Origin: Thainema sp.
GTDB lineage: Bacteria; Cyanobacteriota; Cyanobacteriia; Phormidesmidales; Phormidesmidaceae
NCBI GenBank assembly: GCA_052168235.1
Contig: JBQLZK010000042.1
Location: forward strand, 1 to 64,000
Length of the DNA: 64,000 nucleotides
Reading direction: 5' to 3'
The stretch's first letter is position 1; every line of letters begins with the position of its first letter. The notes under the pieces are model-generated. The model searched no databases. It saw only the letters and a program-made list of their open reading frames with translations, and had not been told where the DNA came from. Shown here one piece after another: positions 1-9,990 of this stretch. A program made the translations under genes and the position numbers.

Positions 1-54
1 TATTAGCTTGCTTTCCTGATTAGATAAACTTATCACTATAATGTCAGAAGAGCC

Positions 55-638
55 GGCTGCGTGAAGAATTTCCAAATCGTGTAATAGACGTACGACAAGG
101 CAACTGTAATGAAGTTTTATGTAATGAGCTCGTTCCACAACTTCCTTACGCATCAAAACAACGTGCGTTTGTTTTCTTAGATCCTTATGGTTTACAAGTT
201 GATTGGGAGACGGTAAGACAACTGGCAAGTACCAAAACTTGTGACATTTTTGTAAATTTCTCAGTTATGGGTGTTACCCGTCTTCTCCCTAGAGATCAGA
301 ACCCAGAGCCAGCAGTAGTAAACCAGCTAAATAAAGTTATGGGTAATACAAACTGGCTCACTCAAATTTACAGGGAACCTCCAGGGATTCAGTTAGATAT
401 ATTCGGCAATCCTACAGAACCTGCATTGAGCCGTGACACAATTCAGGCCGAATGGCTAGCAAGCTTGTACACGGAACAGCTACAGTCGCTTTTTCCTCAC
501 GTTAGCAGACCTGTACTCATGCGAAACTCAATAAACTCAGTGCTATATGCTTTATGTTTGGCAAGCCATAATCAAACTGCCGTCAGAATCACTAATGAGA
601 TCTTCAATCGATACGAGAAGTTGAGAAATCTAGGGTGA
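55..638 (+). pseudogene. tcmP: 3' part of a three-Cys-motif partner protein (TcmP-like), 5' end missing or interrupted
   Basis: The frame of ORF 267..638 stays open upstream to about position 42 and reads REEFPNRVIDVRQGNCNEVL...RAFVFLDPYGLQVDWETVRQLA...CDIFVNF, matching TcmP motifs. In-frame stops occur at 21-23 and 39-41, and there is no proper start. Confidence 0.6.
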
Positions 639-715
639 TAATCTTTACCTCAACAGATAAGTGATCATTACGTTGTCACACAGAAAAGTGGCATAAAAAC
701 ATCCAGCAATAACTA

Positions 716-3679
716 TTATTCGCTGCCAGTAGATGGATTATCCAAAATCTCTACTGTGCCTTGTGAGCCGTCTAACCGTACCCACTGTCCAGACTTGAGG
801 TGATTCATTGCATCCTGCACATTCATTACCGCTGGAATGCGATATTCACGGGCCACAATTGCGCCGTGCGATAGGCGTCCGCCCACCTCAGCAATAAATC
901 CAGCCGCCCGCGCGAGCAGCGGTGCCCAGCCCGCATCCGTGTGGGGCACCACCAAAATCGTTTCCGGATTCATCGTTGGCATCGCCTGAAACGACTTCAG
1001 CACCAGCACTTGCCCTTCCACTTGACCGGGACTAGCTCCAATCCCGCGCAGGGTATTGCCCGTGACCGGACGGGAAGCCACAAACAGGGGCGGCTCATTG
1101 CCGTAGACCAGATTGGGAACAGTGGTCATTTCTTGATCGGCGGCAAAGTGAGTTTTCCGCACGGCAATCCGCTGCTGAATTTGTTGCACCAATGCTTCAG
1201 AAGGATCCGCAACTAGCTGGCGCACCTCATCGAGTTCTAAAAAGAAAATGTCGCGGGTTTGATCTAGCGTTTTAATCTCGCGCCAATGACGGCCCAGTGC
1301 TACCAGGGTATAGCGCAGCGCAGCCAGGATGCGGCTATAGGTTTGCGTTACCTGCCCCTTTAGATCCAGTCGCTGCTGTACATTGCGTATTTGCCGGGTC
1401 GTTTTTTCTGGCTGTACGTGAGTCACCTCATCTTGCGGATCGAGGACGAACTGAGTGAACATCTCGCGCACGGCATGCTGATTTTCCTGCCAGCGGGGCA
1501 CGGCAATATCGGTAGCCACTTCGCTGAGGTAGCCGTAGTCAGCCAGAAAGCGATCGATCTGATTCAGCACCGCCTGACCGTCAGGAGACTCCGCCAGAGC
1601 CGCAAACACCGAGGAGCTATGCTCGCAGTCCGGCGCAATCCGCAAGACTAACGAACGGTTTTCATCTGCGATCGCACGTAAGGCTCGAATTGACTCTACC
1701 TCTGGCGACTGCTGGCGATTGAGTACCGCATCGGGCACTTTGAAAACACCTTGCCGCACCGCTAGGCTGAGGGGAGCCAGAATGCTGTAGTAGGTTGCGC
1801 TGCGCAACAAATCCAGCAGCGTTTCCATCCGGGTCAAAAGTTCAACTGGCGATAAGGTGTCTAACTCATCCTGGCTGAGTTTTGCCAGTTTCGGCTGAAA
1901 TTGCTGCTGATTGTCCCGCTCAAAATCTTCGGGCAACCGCATTTCCCGGCGCAGCAGTCGCCACAGTCCGGCTGAATTCTTCAGCGTGGAAAGCAGTGGT
2001 GGACGGCTAAATTTAGCGCCTCGGGTGAGGAACTCTAAACTTTCGGCAGGTAGTCCCATGCGGCGAAAAATTTGGCCCAGCAGCGACGCATTAAAATAAG
2101 CGTAGCTGTGGTGCAGCGTGGCCGTTTGCTCAAAATCGAGATCCTGTACCCGATCTGCCAAAACCAGGGTAAACAAATCGCCCCAAACACCGCAGGTGAG
2201 CGGACGATTAATGGACCAGGTGAGCGGATGAATCGTACCGGGAATCACCTCGGCGGCAATTTTGCGCGTCCAGATCGGCAGCAGCGTTGTCACCGGGCGA
2301 CTTTGCAGCACCCACAGTTTCTGCCCATCAAACGTCCACTCCAGATCCTGGGGAACCCCGTGATAGCAGGCTTCCAGATGGCGCACCAGAAAAGCGACTT
2401 GCTGAATCAGGCGCGGCGGTACGTCTCCTTCGCCCTCCAGGTCAAAGCGGCTCTCTTCTGGCAGAAACCAGTCGGGCGAGTCAGCAGCCGCTGCGATCGC
2501 ACTAGCCTGATCAAAGTCATCCTGAGTGATCCACACCCGATATAGCTCTGGGGTTTCCCGACCCGAAACGACGCGTGACGCTCCCCCTGGCAGCGCTTCA
2601 ATCACCACCGCATCGCCCTGACAGGTAATCGGATCGCGGCTAAAGGCTACACCGGAAAATGCTCCATCAATCTGCCGCTGCACCAGCACCGCCATTTGCG
2701 CGTCGGGAATATCGTGTTCCTGCCGATAGGCAATTGCCGATGGTGCATTGTAGGAATTCAGGCAGCGTACGATCGCATCTTGCAGCGCTTCTGGGCTGGC
2801 AATATTCAGCATCGACTGATACTGCCCCGCCGCCGATGCCGTTTCACTGTCCTCACCAACAGCGGACGAGCGAACAACAACAGGCTGACTGCCCGATGGC
2901 TGAGCCGCTTCGGCCACAGCGGCTGGGTCGTCTCCCGCCTGGAGCACCCAGCCCATCGGCACCGGATAGCCCCACTGATAAAGCTGCGCCAATGTTGCCG
3001 CTTTGCTGCCCACTTTGTCCGCTTGGAGGGATTGCTGGAGCGATCGAGCCGAGCGATCGCCACGTAAAAACTGAAACATACCTTTTGAATGGGTTGAAGC
3101 TTCTTGCTCAGATAAATCTAAATCATCTGGAATGCGCTGATAAATCCAAGCCATCAACAGACTTAATGCCGCTGCGGCTATAATGCGTTCTTCATTATTG
3201 GGATATAGCAACAGCGTTAACAGCGGCAACAGAATCAGCACAATGTATTTGCCTAACTTACGCTGACGCAGCAGGGTAAAGCTGATACCGCTGAGAAACA
3301 GCGTCATACCCGAAATGCGCCAATCATGTACCACATAGCCCCAGGTGACGTTGGTTGTGCCTGCTCCTTGCCCCGACCAGTAACGGCCAATCACCAGCGC
3401 CATCATAGCGATTAGCTCCCAAGTTGGATCGTCGGGAAAAAAGTAGCGGGCGACTAGCACTACACCAATACCCTTTAATGCCTCGACGATGACAGCCAGT
3501 AGTCCAACCCAGCGCCCCCCGTGGTAAAACGCTGCTGAGACACCGATGTTACCGGTACCAACTTGGGCGAGATTCTTCTTAGCCAAAAGACGGATTAGCC
3601 CATAGGTGATGGGCATACTACCCACAAGCGGGCAAATCAATATGACAATGAATGCACCCCAAACCTGGGTCAGTGTCAT
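716..3679 (-). CDS. Glycerol-3-phosphate acyltransferase (PlsY-like) fused to a PEP-utilising/PPDK-type (rifampin-phosphotransferase-like) module
   Basis: N-terminal membrane domain with GTGNIGVS and GQGAGTT; then an ATP-grasp region (VGSKAATL, VVRSSAVGED, QDLEW, LQSRPVT); C-terminal phospho-His swivel domain GGRLSHGAIVAREY. Confidence 0.85.
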   Translation of the reverse strand: MTLTQVWGAFIVILICPLVGSMPITYGLIRLLAKKNLAQVGTGNIGVSAAFYHGGRWVGLLAVIVEALKGIGVVLVARYFFPDDPTWELIAMMALVIGRYWSGQGAGTTNVTWGYVVHDWRISGMTLFLSGISFTLLRQRKLGKYIVLILLPLLTLLLYPNNEERIIAAAALSLLMAWIYQRIPDDLDLSEQEASTHSKGMFQFLRGDRSARSLQQSLQADKVGSKAATLAQLYQWGYPVPMGWVLQAGDDPAAVAEAAQPSGSQPVVVRSSAVGEDSETASAAGQYQSMLNIASPEALQDAIVRCLNSYNAPSAIAYRQEHDIPDAQMAVLVQRQIDGAFSGVAFSRDPITCQGDAVVIEALPGGASRVVSGRETPELYRVWITQDDFDQASAIAAAADSPDWFLPEESRFDLEGEGDVPPRLIQQVAFLVRHLEACYHGVPQDLEWTFDGQKLWVLQSRPVTTLLPIWTRKIAAEVIPGTIHPLTWSINRPLTCGVWGDLFTLVLADRVQDLDFEQTATLHHSYAYFNASLLGQIFRRMGLPAESLEFLTRGAKFSRPPLLSTLKNSAGLWRLLRREMRLPEDFERDNQQQFQPKLAKLSQDELDTLSPVELLTRMETLLDLLRSATYYSILAPLSLAVRQGVFKVPDAVLNRQQSPEVESIRALRAIADENRSLVLRIAPDCEHSSSVFAALAESPDGQAVLNQIDRFLADYGYLSEVATDIAVPRWQENQHAVREMFTQFVLDPQDEVTHVQPEKTTRQIRNVQQRLDLKGQVTQTYSRILAALRYTLVALGRHWREIKTLDQTRDIFFLELDEVRQLVADPSEALVQQIQQRIAVRKTHFAADQEMTTVPNLVYGNEPPLFVASRPVTGNTLRGIGASPGQVEGQVLVLKSFQAMPTMNPETILVVPHTDAGWAPLLARAAGFIAEVGGRLSHGAIVAREYRIPAVMNVQDAMNHLKSGQWVRLDGSQGTVEILDNPSTGSE

Positions 3680-3725
3680 GGTTCGATCCTCTTGTTTATC
3701 CCTTCAATCTAGCGCTGTATTTGGT

Positions 3726-3830
3726 TAAGTACCTGGGCGTAACTAAAAATCAGATTTCAGACCCTGCGCCGCCCGTGCAGCGGGCGGCGCAGGGTCTGAG
3801 GTTTTATAGTTAACGATGCTCAGCTACTTA
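3726..3830. repeat. 105-bp palindromic MITE/SDR-like element
   Basis: Ends TAAGTACCTGGGC and GCTCAGCTACTTA are imperfect inverted repeats. The centre is a perfect 18-bp stem, CAGACCCTGCGCCGCCCG-tgcag-CGGGCGGCGCAGGGTCTG. Confidence 0.7.
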
Positions 3831-4019
3831 TCAGTCATGATTTGTTGCGGTAAGTGAATCGTGATCACCGTTGCCATTTGAGTTGAGACATTTACGAAAT
3901 CCAATGTTTAAACCTTTGCCCGTTTTCAGAGTTTCCCACTGTCTTAACCAATGTGACGACTGCAATACTTCAGGTTCTAAACGTGCAGCATCATTTGGCC
4001 AAACCCAAAAATGGTTATC

Positions 4020-4139
4020 ATATCAAGTCCGTGTATCATACCGAATCTGGCGAGAAAGAACCCGAACTATTTTTTGTAAAAGTGAGGCTACGCCTGGCTT
4101 TTACAAAAAATAAAACCGTTTTTTAGGCGAATTTCATAT
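4020..4139 (-). repeat. Dispersed palindromic repeat, family A (copy 1, inverted orientation)
   Basis: ATATCAAGTCCGTGTAT...TATTTTTTGTAAAAG...CTTTTACAAAAAATA; related to copies at 13268, 45018 and 47599. Confidence 0.7.
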
Positions 4140-4201
4140 CAGCACTCAATTTACCTGCGTTCTCCCTGGAGTCGTTGGCACACCCACCTCAACAACTTGC
4201 C

Positions 4202-6421
4202 ATGCCTGACATCATGTCCAATTCTGCGTCTAATTCTGCATCTGAGGCCAATGACTCAGGATTGGCTACGCCCGAGTGTTGCACAGAACCAATTCAGTTC
4301 ATCAATTCAATTCAGTCCTACGGCTATCTAGTTGTCCTGAATATCGAAACCCTGGTCATCCTTCAGGTCAGCGCCAATTTACCGGATGTCATCCATCGGC
4401 CTCTAGATGAGTTGATTGATCAGCCTGTGTCCAAGCTCTTTGATGCCCATAGCCAAAGCGAATTGATTAAGGCATTATCTCGCTTTCCGTTGACGGCATC
4501 GCCTTCGCCTGTGTCACTCACGCTGCAATCAGCCGATGAACCAATTGCCGTTTATGGCTATTTGCATGCGGCTGATGCGTCACATCTGGTGCTGGAGTTA
4601 GAACCCATACAGATCAGCACGATAACGGATTCAATGGAGCTATATCGGCTCGTGCAGTTTGCGATCGCACATTTGCGAAGCGCTCATAATCTCGATGTGC
4701 TCTATCAACTAGCGGCCCAAGAAATTCGAGCGTTGACGGGTTGCGATCGCGTCAAGATTTATCGGTTCGATGACGACTGGAGCGGCATCGTCGTCGGAGA
4801 AGCTAGAGCCGCTGACTGGAGCAGTTCGTACAAAGGAATGCGGTTTCCTGCTATCGATATTCCACCGATGGCGCGACGGATGTTTTCGCTCATTTCTCTG
4901 CGCATGATCGTCGATATTAATGATGTACCTCTTCCGCTAGTCCCTGCGCTAGAACCTGACAGCGATTCGCCTCAATCCATTGATTTAAGCCAGTCGCGGT
5001 TGCGTTCGGTAGCCGATTGTCACCTACAGTATTTGCGCAATATGAGCGTAGAAAGCTCTTTCACCCTGGCTTTGGTCAAAGAAGACCAGCTTTGGGGGCT
5101 GATTGCCTGTCACCACCGCAGACCCAAGCAAATTCCTCACGATGTGCAAGCCGCCTGTGATCTTCTCAGCCAGGTGATTGCGCTCGAACTATCGATTAAA
5201 GCAGAGGCAGAAGATGAGGTGCATCACCAACAGGTTAACCAGTTGAGATCGCGGTTGGTTGACACCGTCACGCGAGCCGAGGTGCTGCTCGACAGCTTAA
5301 AACAGCAGGAAACCGATCTGCTTGAACTGATGGACGCTCATGGAGCCTACCTGCAGATTAACGGCAAGCAGCATTACTTTGGTTCAACACCTTCCGCCAC
5401 AACCGTTCAACGCTTAATTAAATGGCTTGATCCTCAAATTGAAAACGGCATTTTTTACACGCATCATCTCGCAAGCTGCCGCCCTGATATGGAAAAAGAA
5501 CGGGCATTAGCTAGCGGTATTTTTGTCATATCGCTCTCCCGATTTCGGGCTGATTTCTTAATTTGGTTTCGGCCTGAAATTACAGCTCAAGTTCACTGGG
5601 GCGGCGATCCCAATCGTCCATTAGTCGAAGCGACAATCGGCTATACTCTGCATCCCAACTTTTCATTTCAGCTCTGGCAAGAATCTGTAAAAGGGCAATC
5701 TGCTCATTGGAAATCCTATGAGATTGAAGCCGCCATAGACTTAAAAAATACTATCTTGCATCAGCAGCTTAAACATAGCCAGGCCGAAACCGAAGTGCTG
5801 ATTAAGGAAGTACATCATCGCGTCAAGAACAACTTACAGGTCGTTGACAGTCTGTTGCGGCAACAGGCTCGACGGGCAACCGATGTTCACATTGCAGAAG
5901 CACTCAACGATTGTCATAATCGAGTACTCTCGATGGCGCTTGTGCATGAGCACCTATATGAATCAAGTGATTTATCTCGAATTTCAATATCCAGCTATAT
6001 CCGTCGTTTAGTCAGCAACTTACAGGATTCGTACGGATTTGGCACCGACTCTCGTTCTGGCCAGCAAAAAGTTGAACTGCAAATTGATCATTCCTTATTA
6101 AAAATCAATTCAGCCATACCTTGCGGTTTAATTATTAGTGAACTCGTTTCTAATGCAATGAAATATGCCTTTCCACCACATGAAACATCATCGACATCTG
6201 TGGTTTCAATCCAGTTTCATTGTGATAAAGATATAAGCGATCAGTATTGGCTGATCATTTCAGATAATGGCATTGGTCTACCAGAAAACGTTGATTTTGA
6301 GACGACTCATTCGCTAGGGCTAAAACTGGTTAGAGGACTAGTTCGTCAGCTACGCGGCGAAATCAAGATTGATCGAGCGCTTGGCACAACCTATATCGTT
6401 CAATTTACAGATGATGTGTAA
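4202..6421 (+). CDS. Phytochrome-type sensor histidine kinase (PAS2-GAF-PHY-HisKA_2-HATPase)
   Basis: Motifs CCTEPIQ, DRVKIYRF, PAIDIP, LRSVADCHLQYLRNM, LWGLIACHH, WFRPE, WGGDP, then EVHHRVKNNLQ (HisKA_2), ELVSNAMKY and DNGIG. ATG at 4202 preferred over TTG at 4175. Confidence 0.9.
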   Translation: MPDIMSNSASNSASEANDSGLATPECCTEPIQFINSIQSYGYLVVLNIETLVILQVSANLPDVIHRPLDELIDQPVSKLFDAHSQSELIKALSRFPLTASPSPVSLTLQSADEPIAVYGYLHAADASHLVLELEPIQISTITDSMELYRLVQFAIAHLRSAHNLDVLYQLAAQEIRALTGCDRVKIYRFDDDWSGIVVGEARAADWSSSYKGMRFPAIDIPPMARRMFSLISLRMIVDINDVPLPLVPALEPDSDSPQSIDLSQSRLRSVADCHLQYLRNMSVESSFTLALVKEDQLWGLIACHHRRPKQIPHDVQAACDLLSQVIALELSIKAEAEDEVHHQQVNQLRSRLVDTVTRAEVLLDSLKQQETDLLELMDAHGAYLQINGKQHYFGSTPSATTVQRLIKWLDPQIENGIFYTHHLASCRPDMEKERALASGIFVISLSRFRADFLIWFRPEITAQVHWGGDPNRPLVEATIGYTLHPNFSFQLWQESVKGQSAHWKSYEIEAAIDLKNTILHQQLKHSQAETEVLIKEVHHRVKNNLQVVDSLLRQQARRATDVHIAEALNDCHNRVLSMALVHEHLYESSDLSRISISSYIRRLVSNLQDSYGFGTDSRSGQQKVELQIDHSLLKINSAIPCGLIISELVSNAMKYAFPPHETSSTSVVSIQFHCDKDISDQYWLIISDNGIGLPENVDFETTHSLGLKLVRGLVRQLRGEIKIDRALGTTYIVQFTDDV

Positions 6422-6566
6422 AGTATTTTATCGATTCAATAAACCTCAGCAAGTTAAAATTCGACACCTAAAGGGTTTACAAGTATCTGTAGAAAAAATA
6501 TGAGTACTATCTGAAACGATTTGATAGTAGTAACCAGATGGATTAAGAGGCTGGAAAAGTCTAAAG

Positions 6567-6604
6567 ACGTTTTAACGTTAGAACGTTTTAACGTTAGAAC
6601 GTTT
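6567..6604. repeat. Short tandem repeat of ACGTT(TT/AG)A 8-mers
   Basis: acgtttta-acgttaga-acgtttta-acgttaga-acgttt in the intergenic region. Confidence 0.6.
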
Positions 6605-7028
6605 GGTTAAAAGGTTGAATTTCAAGTATCTTAACCAAAACGGCAGCGGCTATACATAGAGCAAACTACAGCACTCAGCTCATCGATAGTGCTGTTTTGT
6701 AAAATTGATATGACTTGCAAATATCTTGTTTGAACCAATAAGATGGATTTTAGTGATCAAAAAACCGTCTTATAATTCACAGCTTTGCACTAGCTTATTT
6801 CGCCTTAATTTCCTTTACTGCAGAAAAATTAGGCGGCTTTCTGACTGCAAAAGATATCTGAGTTCATTGATATTTCATTGATCTTCTCCAAGGGGAACAG
6901 CCATTTCTCCTACTATTTCATTTCTTTCTCGCATGAGATGCAAGGAGGAAAATGCTGCTTAGTGTTCGAATTTGTTAGTGCTGAGGCGTGACCAATGTGT
7001 CATTGCGCCACTCAACCCTGTTGACTGT

Positions 7029-8663
7029 ATGGATCTCGATTTATCTCTTACATCTAGCGACATGCGTATTTTGGTCGTCGAAGACGAAAGCGTTGTCGCG
7101 TATGACTTACAAGATGTACTTGAAGATTTTGGCTATCAAGTCGTTGCGATCGCAGATTGCGGAGAAGATGCGATCGCAATTGCTCTGGAGCAGCGACCTG
7201 ACCTGATTTTGATGGATATTCGTCTACAGGGTGAGCTAGATGGCACCCAGGTCGCTCAGCAGATCCGCCAGCATTACAACGTTCCCATCGTCTATCTCAC
7301 GGCCCACACCGACAACAAAACCCTGAAGCGGGTTAAGGCGACTTCGGCCTTTGGCTATCTCACAAAACCCTTTCGGGAAAAAGAACTGCACACCAGTATT
7401 GAAGTTGCGCTCTACCGCAGTCGAATTGAGAATCAACTGGTCGAACGCGAACAGTGGCTCAAAACGCTGCTCGACAGCGTGGGCGATGCGATCATCGCCG
7501 TTGACCAGGCCGGAATCATTACCCTGCTCAATCCGGCGGCCCAAACCCTCACCACAACCACAATGGCGGCTGTTGGCCAGCCCTGCCAGCAGATTTTTGA
7601 TTTGCTACATGAGCGCGATCGCACTTCGCTGTGGCCGCAAATTCTGCAACTCTTCCAAACTCAAACTAGCCTGCACCTCACGGATCAAGTTCTATTGGTG
7701 CTAGCTCATCCGGCACAGTTTCCGTCCGAAATCCCCATCGATCTTCATGCCTCCCCCGTACGCAACAATCAGGGGGATACCGTGGGGGTGGTGATCACCT
7801 GCCGCGATCTGCGATCGCAACGAGAGGCCCAGGCTACCCAGATCGCGCTAGAGCGAGCACAACAGCTAGAGCAGCAAATGACAGAGATGGAGCGCATTAG
7901 CCAGCTCAAAGATGACTTTTTAAATACGGTTTCTCACGAACTCCGCAGTCCGCTAGCCAACATCAAAGTTGCTATTGAAATGCTGGGACTGAGCCTCAAG
8001 CACATTCTGGCCCCGGAACTCGCCGCAAATTCGGCACTGCCCAGCGACAAAAGCTCTAAACTGGAGCACTACTTCAACATCTTGCAGACCGAATGCCAGC
8101 GGGAGATTAACCTAATCAACGATCTGCTGGACTTGCAGCGATTGGAAACGGAAGTGGTGCAGCTCAAACTAGAAGCGGTGTCGTTTGAAGCGACGCTGCG
8201 ACAGGTGGTTGAACCCTTTCAAATTCGCGCCCATCAGCGCCAGCAGCAGCTAACGTTGGATTGTGCTCCAGCGATGCCGCCGCTGATCACGGAGGCCAAA
8301 AGCCTGACGCGGATTCTGAGTGAACTGCTGAATAACGCTTGTAAATATACGCCACCCCACGAGCAGATTAAAGTCGTTGCGTTCTATCAAGCCAATTTGT
8401 TTGAACTGCGGATTACCAACTCAGGCACCGAAATTCCAGAAGCAGAACTGGGTAATGTTTTCAAAAAGTTCTATCGGCTGCCTTTTCTCGACCAGTGGCA
8501 TCAGGGGGGAACGGGCCTGGGATTAGCGCTGGTGCAGCGGTTGGTGGATCGGCTACAGGGCAAGATCTTTGTCGAAAGTGGTGAAAATGAGGTGTCGTTT
8601 GTGGTGCTGCTGCCCCACCTCACCCTTAGTGGCTCGGCTAGCTCATTTTTGCCGTCCCATTGA
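7029..8663 (+). CDS. Hybrid response regulator / histidine kinase (REC-PAS-HisKA-HATPase)
   Basis: ILVVEDE...PDLILMDI...YLTA...KPF receiver; PAS region; VSHELRSPL; ELLNNACKY; GGTGLGL. Confidence 0.9.
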   Translation: MDLDLSLTSSDMRILVVEDESVVAYDLQDVLEDFGYQVVAIADCGEDAIAIALEQRPDLILMDIRLQGELDGTQVAQQIRQHYNVPIVYLTAHTDNKTLKRVKATSAFGYLTKPFREKELHTSIEVALYRSRIENQLVEREQWLKTLLDSVGDAIIAVDQAGIITLLNPAAQTLTTTTMAAVGQPCQQIFDLLHERDRTSLWPQILQLFQTQTSLHLTDQVLLVLAHPAQFPSEIPIDLHASPVRNNQGDTVGVVITCRDLRSQREAQATQIALERAQQLEQQMTEMERISQLKDDFLNTVSHELRSPLANIKVAIEMLGLSLKHILAPELAANSALPSDKSSKLEHYFNILQTECQREINLINDLLDLQRLETEVVQLKLEAVSFEATLRQVVEPFQIRAHQRQQQLTLDCAPAMPPLITEAKSLTRILSELLNNACKYTPPHEQIKVVAFYQANLFELRITNSGTEIPEAELGNVFKKFYRLPFLDQWHQGGTGLGLALVQRLVDRLQGKIFVESGENEVSFVVLLPHLTLSGSASSFLPSH

Positions 8664-8725
8664 GAAACTGATCCATGAATGTCAGAGACGGTTTATCTTT
8701 AACTAGGAGTCTATCCAGCTAATCT

Positions 8726-9370
8726 ATGTTGACCGTTGCCCTGCCGAAAGGTGCTTTACTCAAAGACAGTATTAATCTGCTGAAGTCCGTTGGTCTGGAT
8801 TTTAGCGGTTTTCTGGATTCGTCAAATCGCCAACTGCAAATTACTGACACCAGCGGACGGGCAAAAGGCTTGTTAGTGCGAACTCACGATGTACCTGTCT
8901 ATGTGGAATATGGTCAGGCTCAGCTTGGTATTGCGGGTTATGATGTCCTGCGGGAAAAGCAGCCCGCTGTAGCGCATCTCGTTGATTTGGGGTTTGGCCA
9001 CTGCCGCCTATCGGTGGCGGTGAAGGCAACAAGTCCCTATCGCTCGGCGCTGGAGCTGCCGATGCACTGTCGGGTGGCGTCCAAGTTTGTCAATTGCGCC
9101 CGTGAGTATTTTGAAAGTATTGATCTGCCTGTGGAAATTGTGCCGCTGTCAGGTTCGGTGGAGCTTGGGCCAATTACGGGCATGTCGGAGGCCATTGTTG
9201 ACCTCGTTTCCAGCGGGCGCACTCTGCGCGAAAATAATCTGCTGGAGCTAGAGGTGCTTTATCAAAGTACGGCTCGCTTAATTGCTCATCCGCTCAGCTA
9301 TCGCTTGGACGAAGATGACCTGAGCGACATCATTCAGCAACTGCGCGAACAAGTTGCCGTCCCTGCCTAG
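8726..9370 (+). CDS. hisG: ATP phosphoribosyltransferase, short form
   Basis: [22 protein letters not shown]...[17 protein letters not shown]; 214 aa. Confidence 0.95.
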   Translation: MLTVALPKGALLKDSINLLKSVGLDFSGFLDSSNRQLQITDTSGRAKGLLVRTHDVPVYVEYGQAQLGIAGYDVLREKQPAVAHLVDLGFGHCRLSVAVKATSPYRSALELPMHCRVASKFVNCAREYFESIDLPVEIVPLSGSVELGPITGMSEAIVDLVSSGRTLRENNLLELEVLYQSTARLIAHPLSYRLDEDDLSDIIQQLREQVAVPA

Positions 9371-9598
9371 TTCAACGTTTTATTTGCTCCAGAAACTCGG
9401 TTTCTATACTCATGCGATCGCACTTTGCTAACGCTGTAGGATGGCTATCTTGACTGTCTTACTCGATGCCGGAAGTGCGATCGCATTTTGTTTGGGGTGA
9501 GTAAAATGGAGTGACCGTTGGGGCTAAGCGATATCGGAGTTTGCAACAAGGAACGTATTCTGCATTAAGTTGCGATCGCGCTACAAGAGGTTAATGGG

Positions 9599-9734
9599 GT
9601 GCAAGTTCCTAAAGATGCCATCATTCCAAATGAGAAAATCACTCGCTCTATCTGTGAACACTGTTTGGTTACTTCGACAAGTTGATCAGAAGTTTCAGTT
9701 TGTGACCCTCAAACCGCACAAGGAGGCTAAATAG
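9599..9734 (+). pseudogene. Internally deleted DUF6883-like gene, the usual partner of DUF4926
   Basis: GTG start reads VQVPKDAIIPNEKITR, then joins out of frame to LSVNTVWLLRQVDQKFQFVTLKPHKEAK*. That stop (9732-9734) abuts the DUF4926 ATG. Confidence 0.6.
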
Positions 9735-9977
9735 ATGGAGTTATATCAAGAAGTTGCACTAGCGAGAGATTTGCCAGAATATGACCTTAAAGCGGGAGAT
9801 ATTGCAAAACTGGTTGATTTTGTGGATCATCCTGCGGGGGGTGAGGAGGGCTGTGTATTGGAAGTGTTTAATGCGGTTGGTGAGTCTTTGGCTGTAATTG
9901 CTGTTCCAATGTCTGCAATAGAGGCGTTGCGCTCTGATGAAATTTTGACGGTTCGGTCGTTGCCAAAAGTGGTTTAG
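9735..9977 (+). CDS. DUF4926 domain protein
   Basis: LYQEVALARDLPEYDLKAGD...GEEGCVLEVFNAVGESLAV pattern; 80 aa. Confidence 0.85.
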   Translation: MELYQEVALARDLPEYDLKAGDIAKLVDFVDHPAGGEEGCVLEVFNAVGESLAVIAVPMSAIEALRSDEILTVRSLPKVV

Positions 9978-9990
9978 AAGTTTTCAGACT

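Noticed and set aside
941..3183. Plus-strand ORFs overlapping the PlsY fusion, and similar antisense ORFs over atpA, acsF, pgk and the PBP gene
   Set aside because: Shadow ORFs of well-supported genes, with no recognisable motifs.
3871..4113. 80-aa ORF
   Set aside because: TTG start and it runs through a family A repeat.
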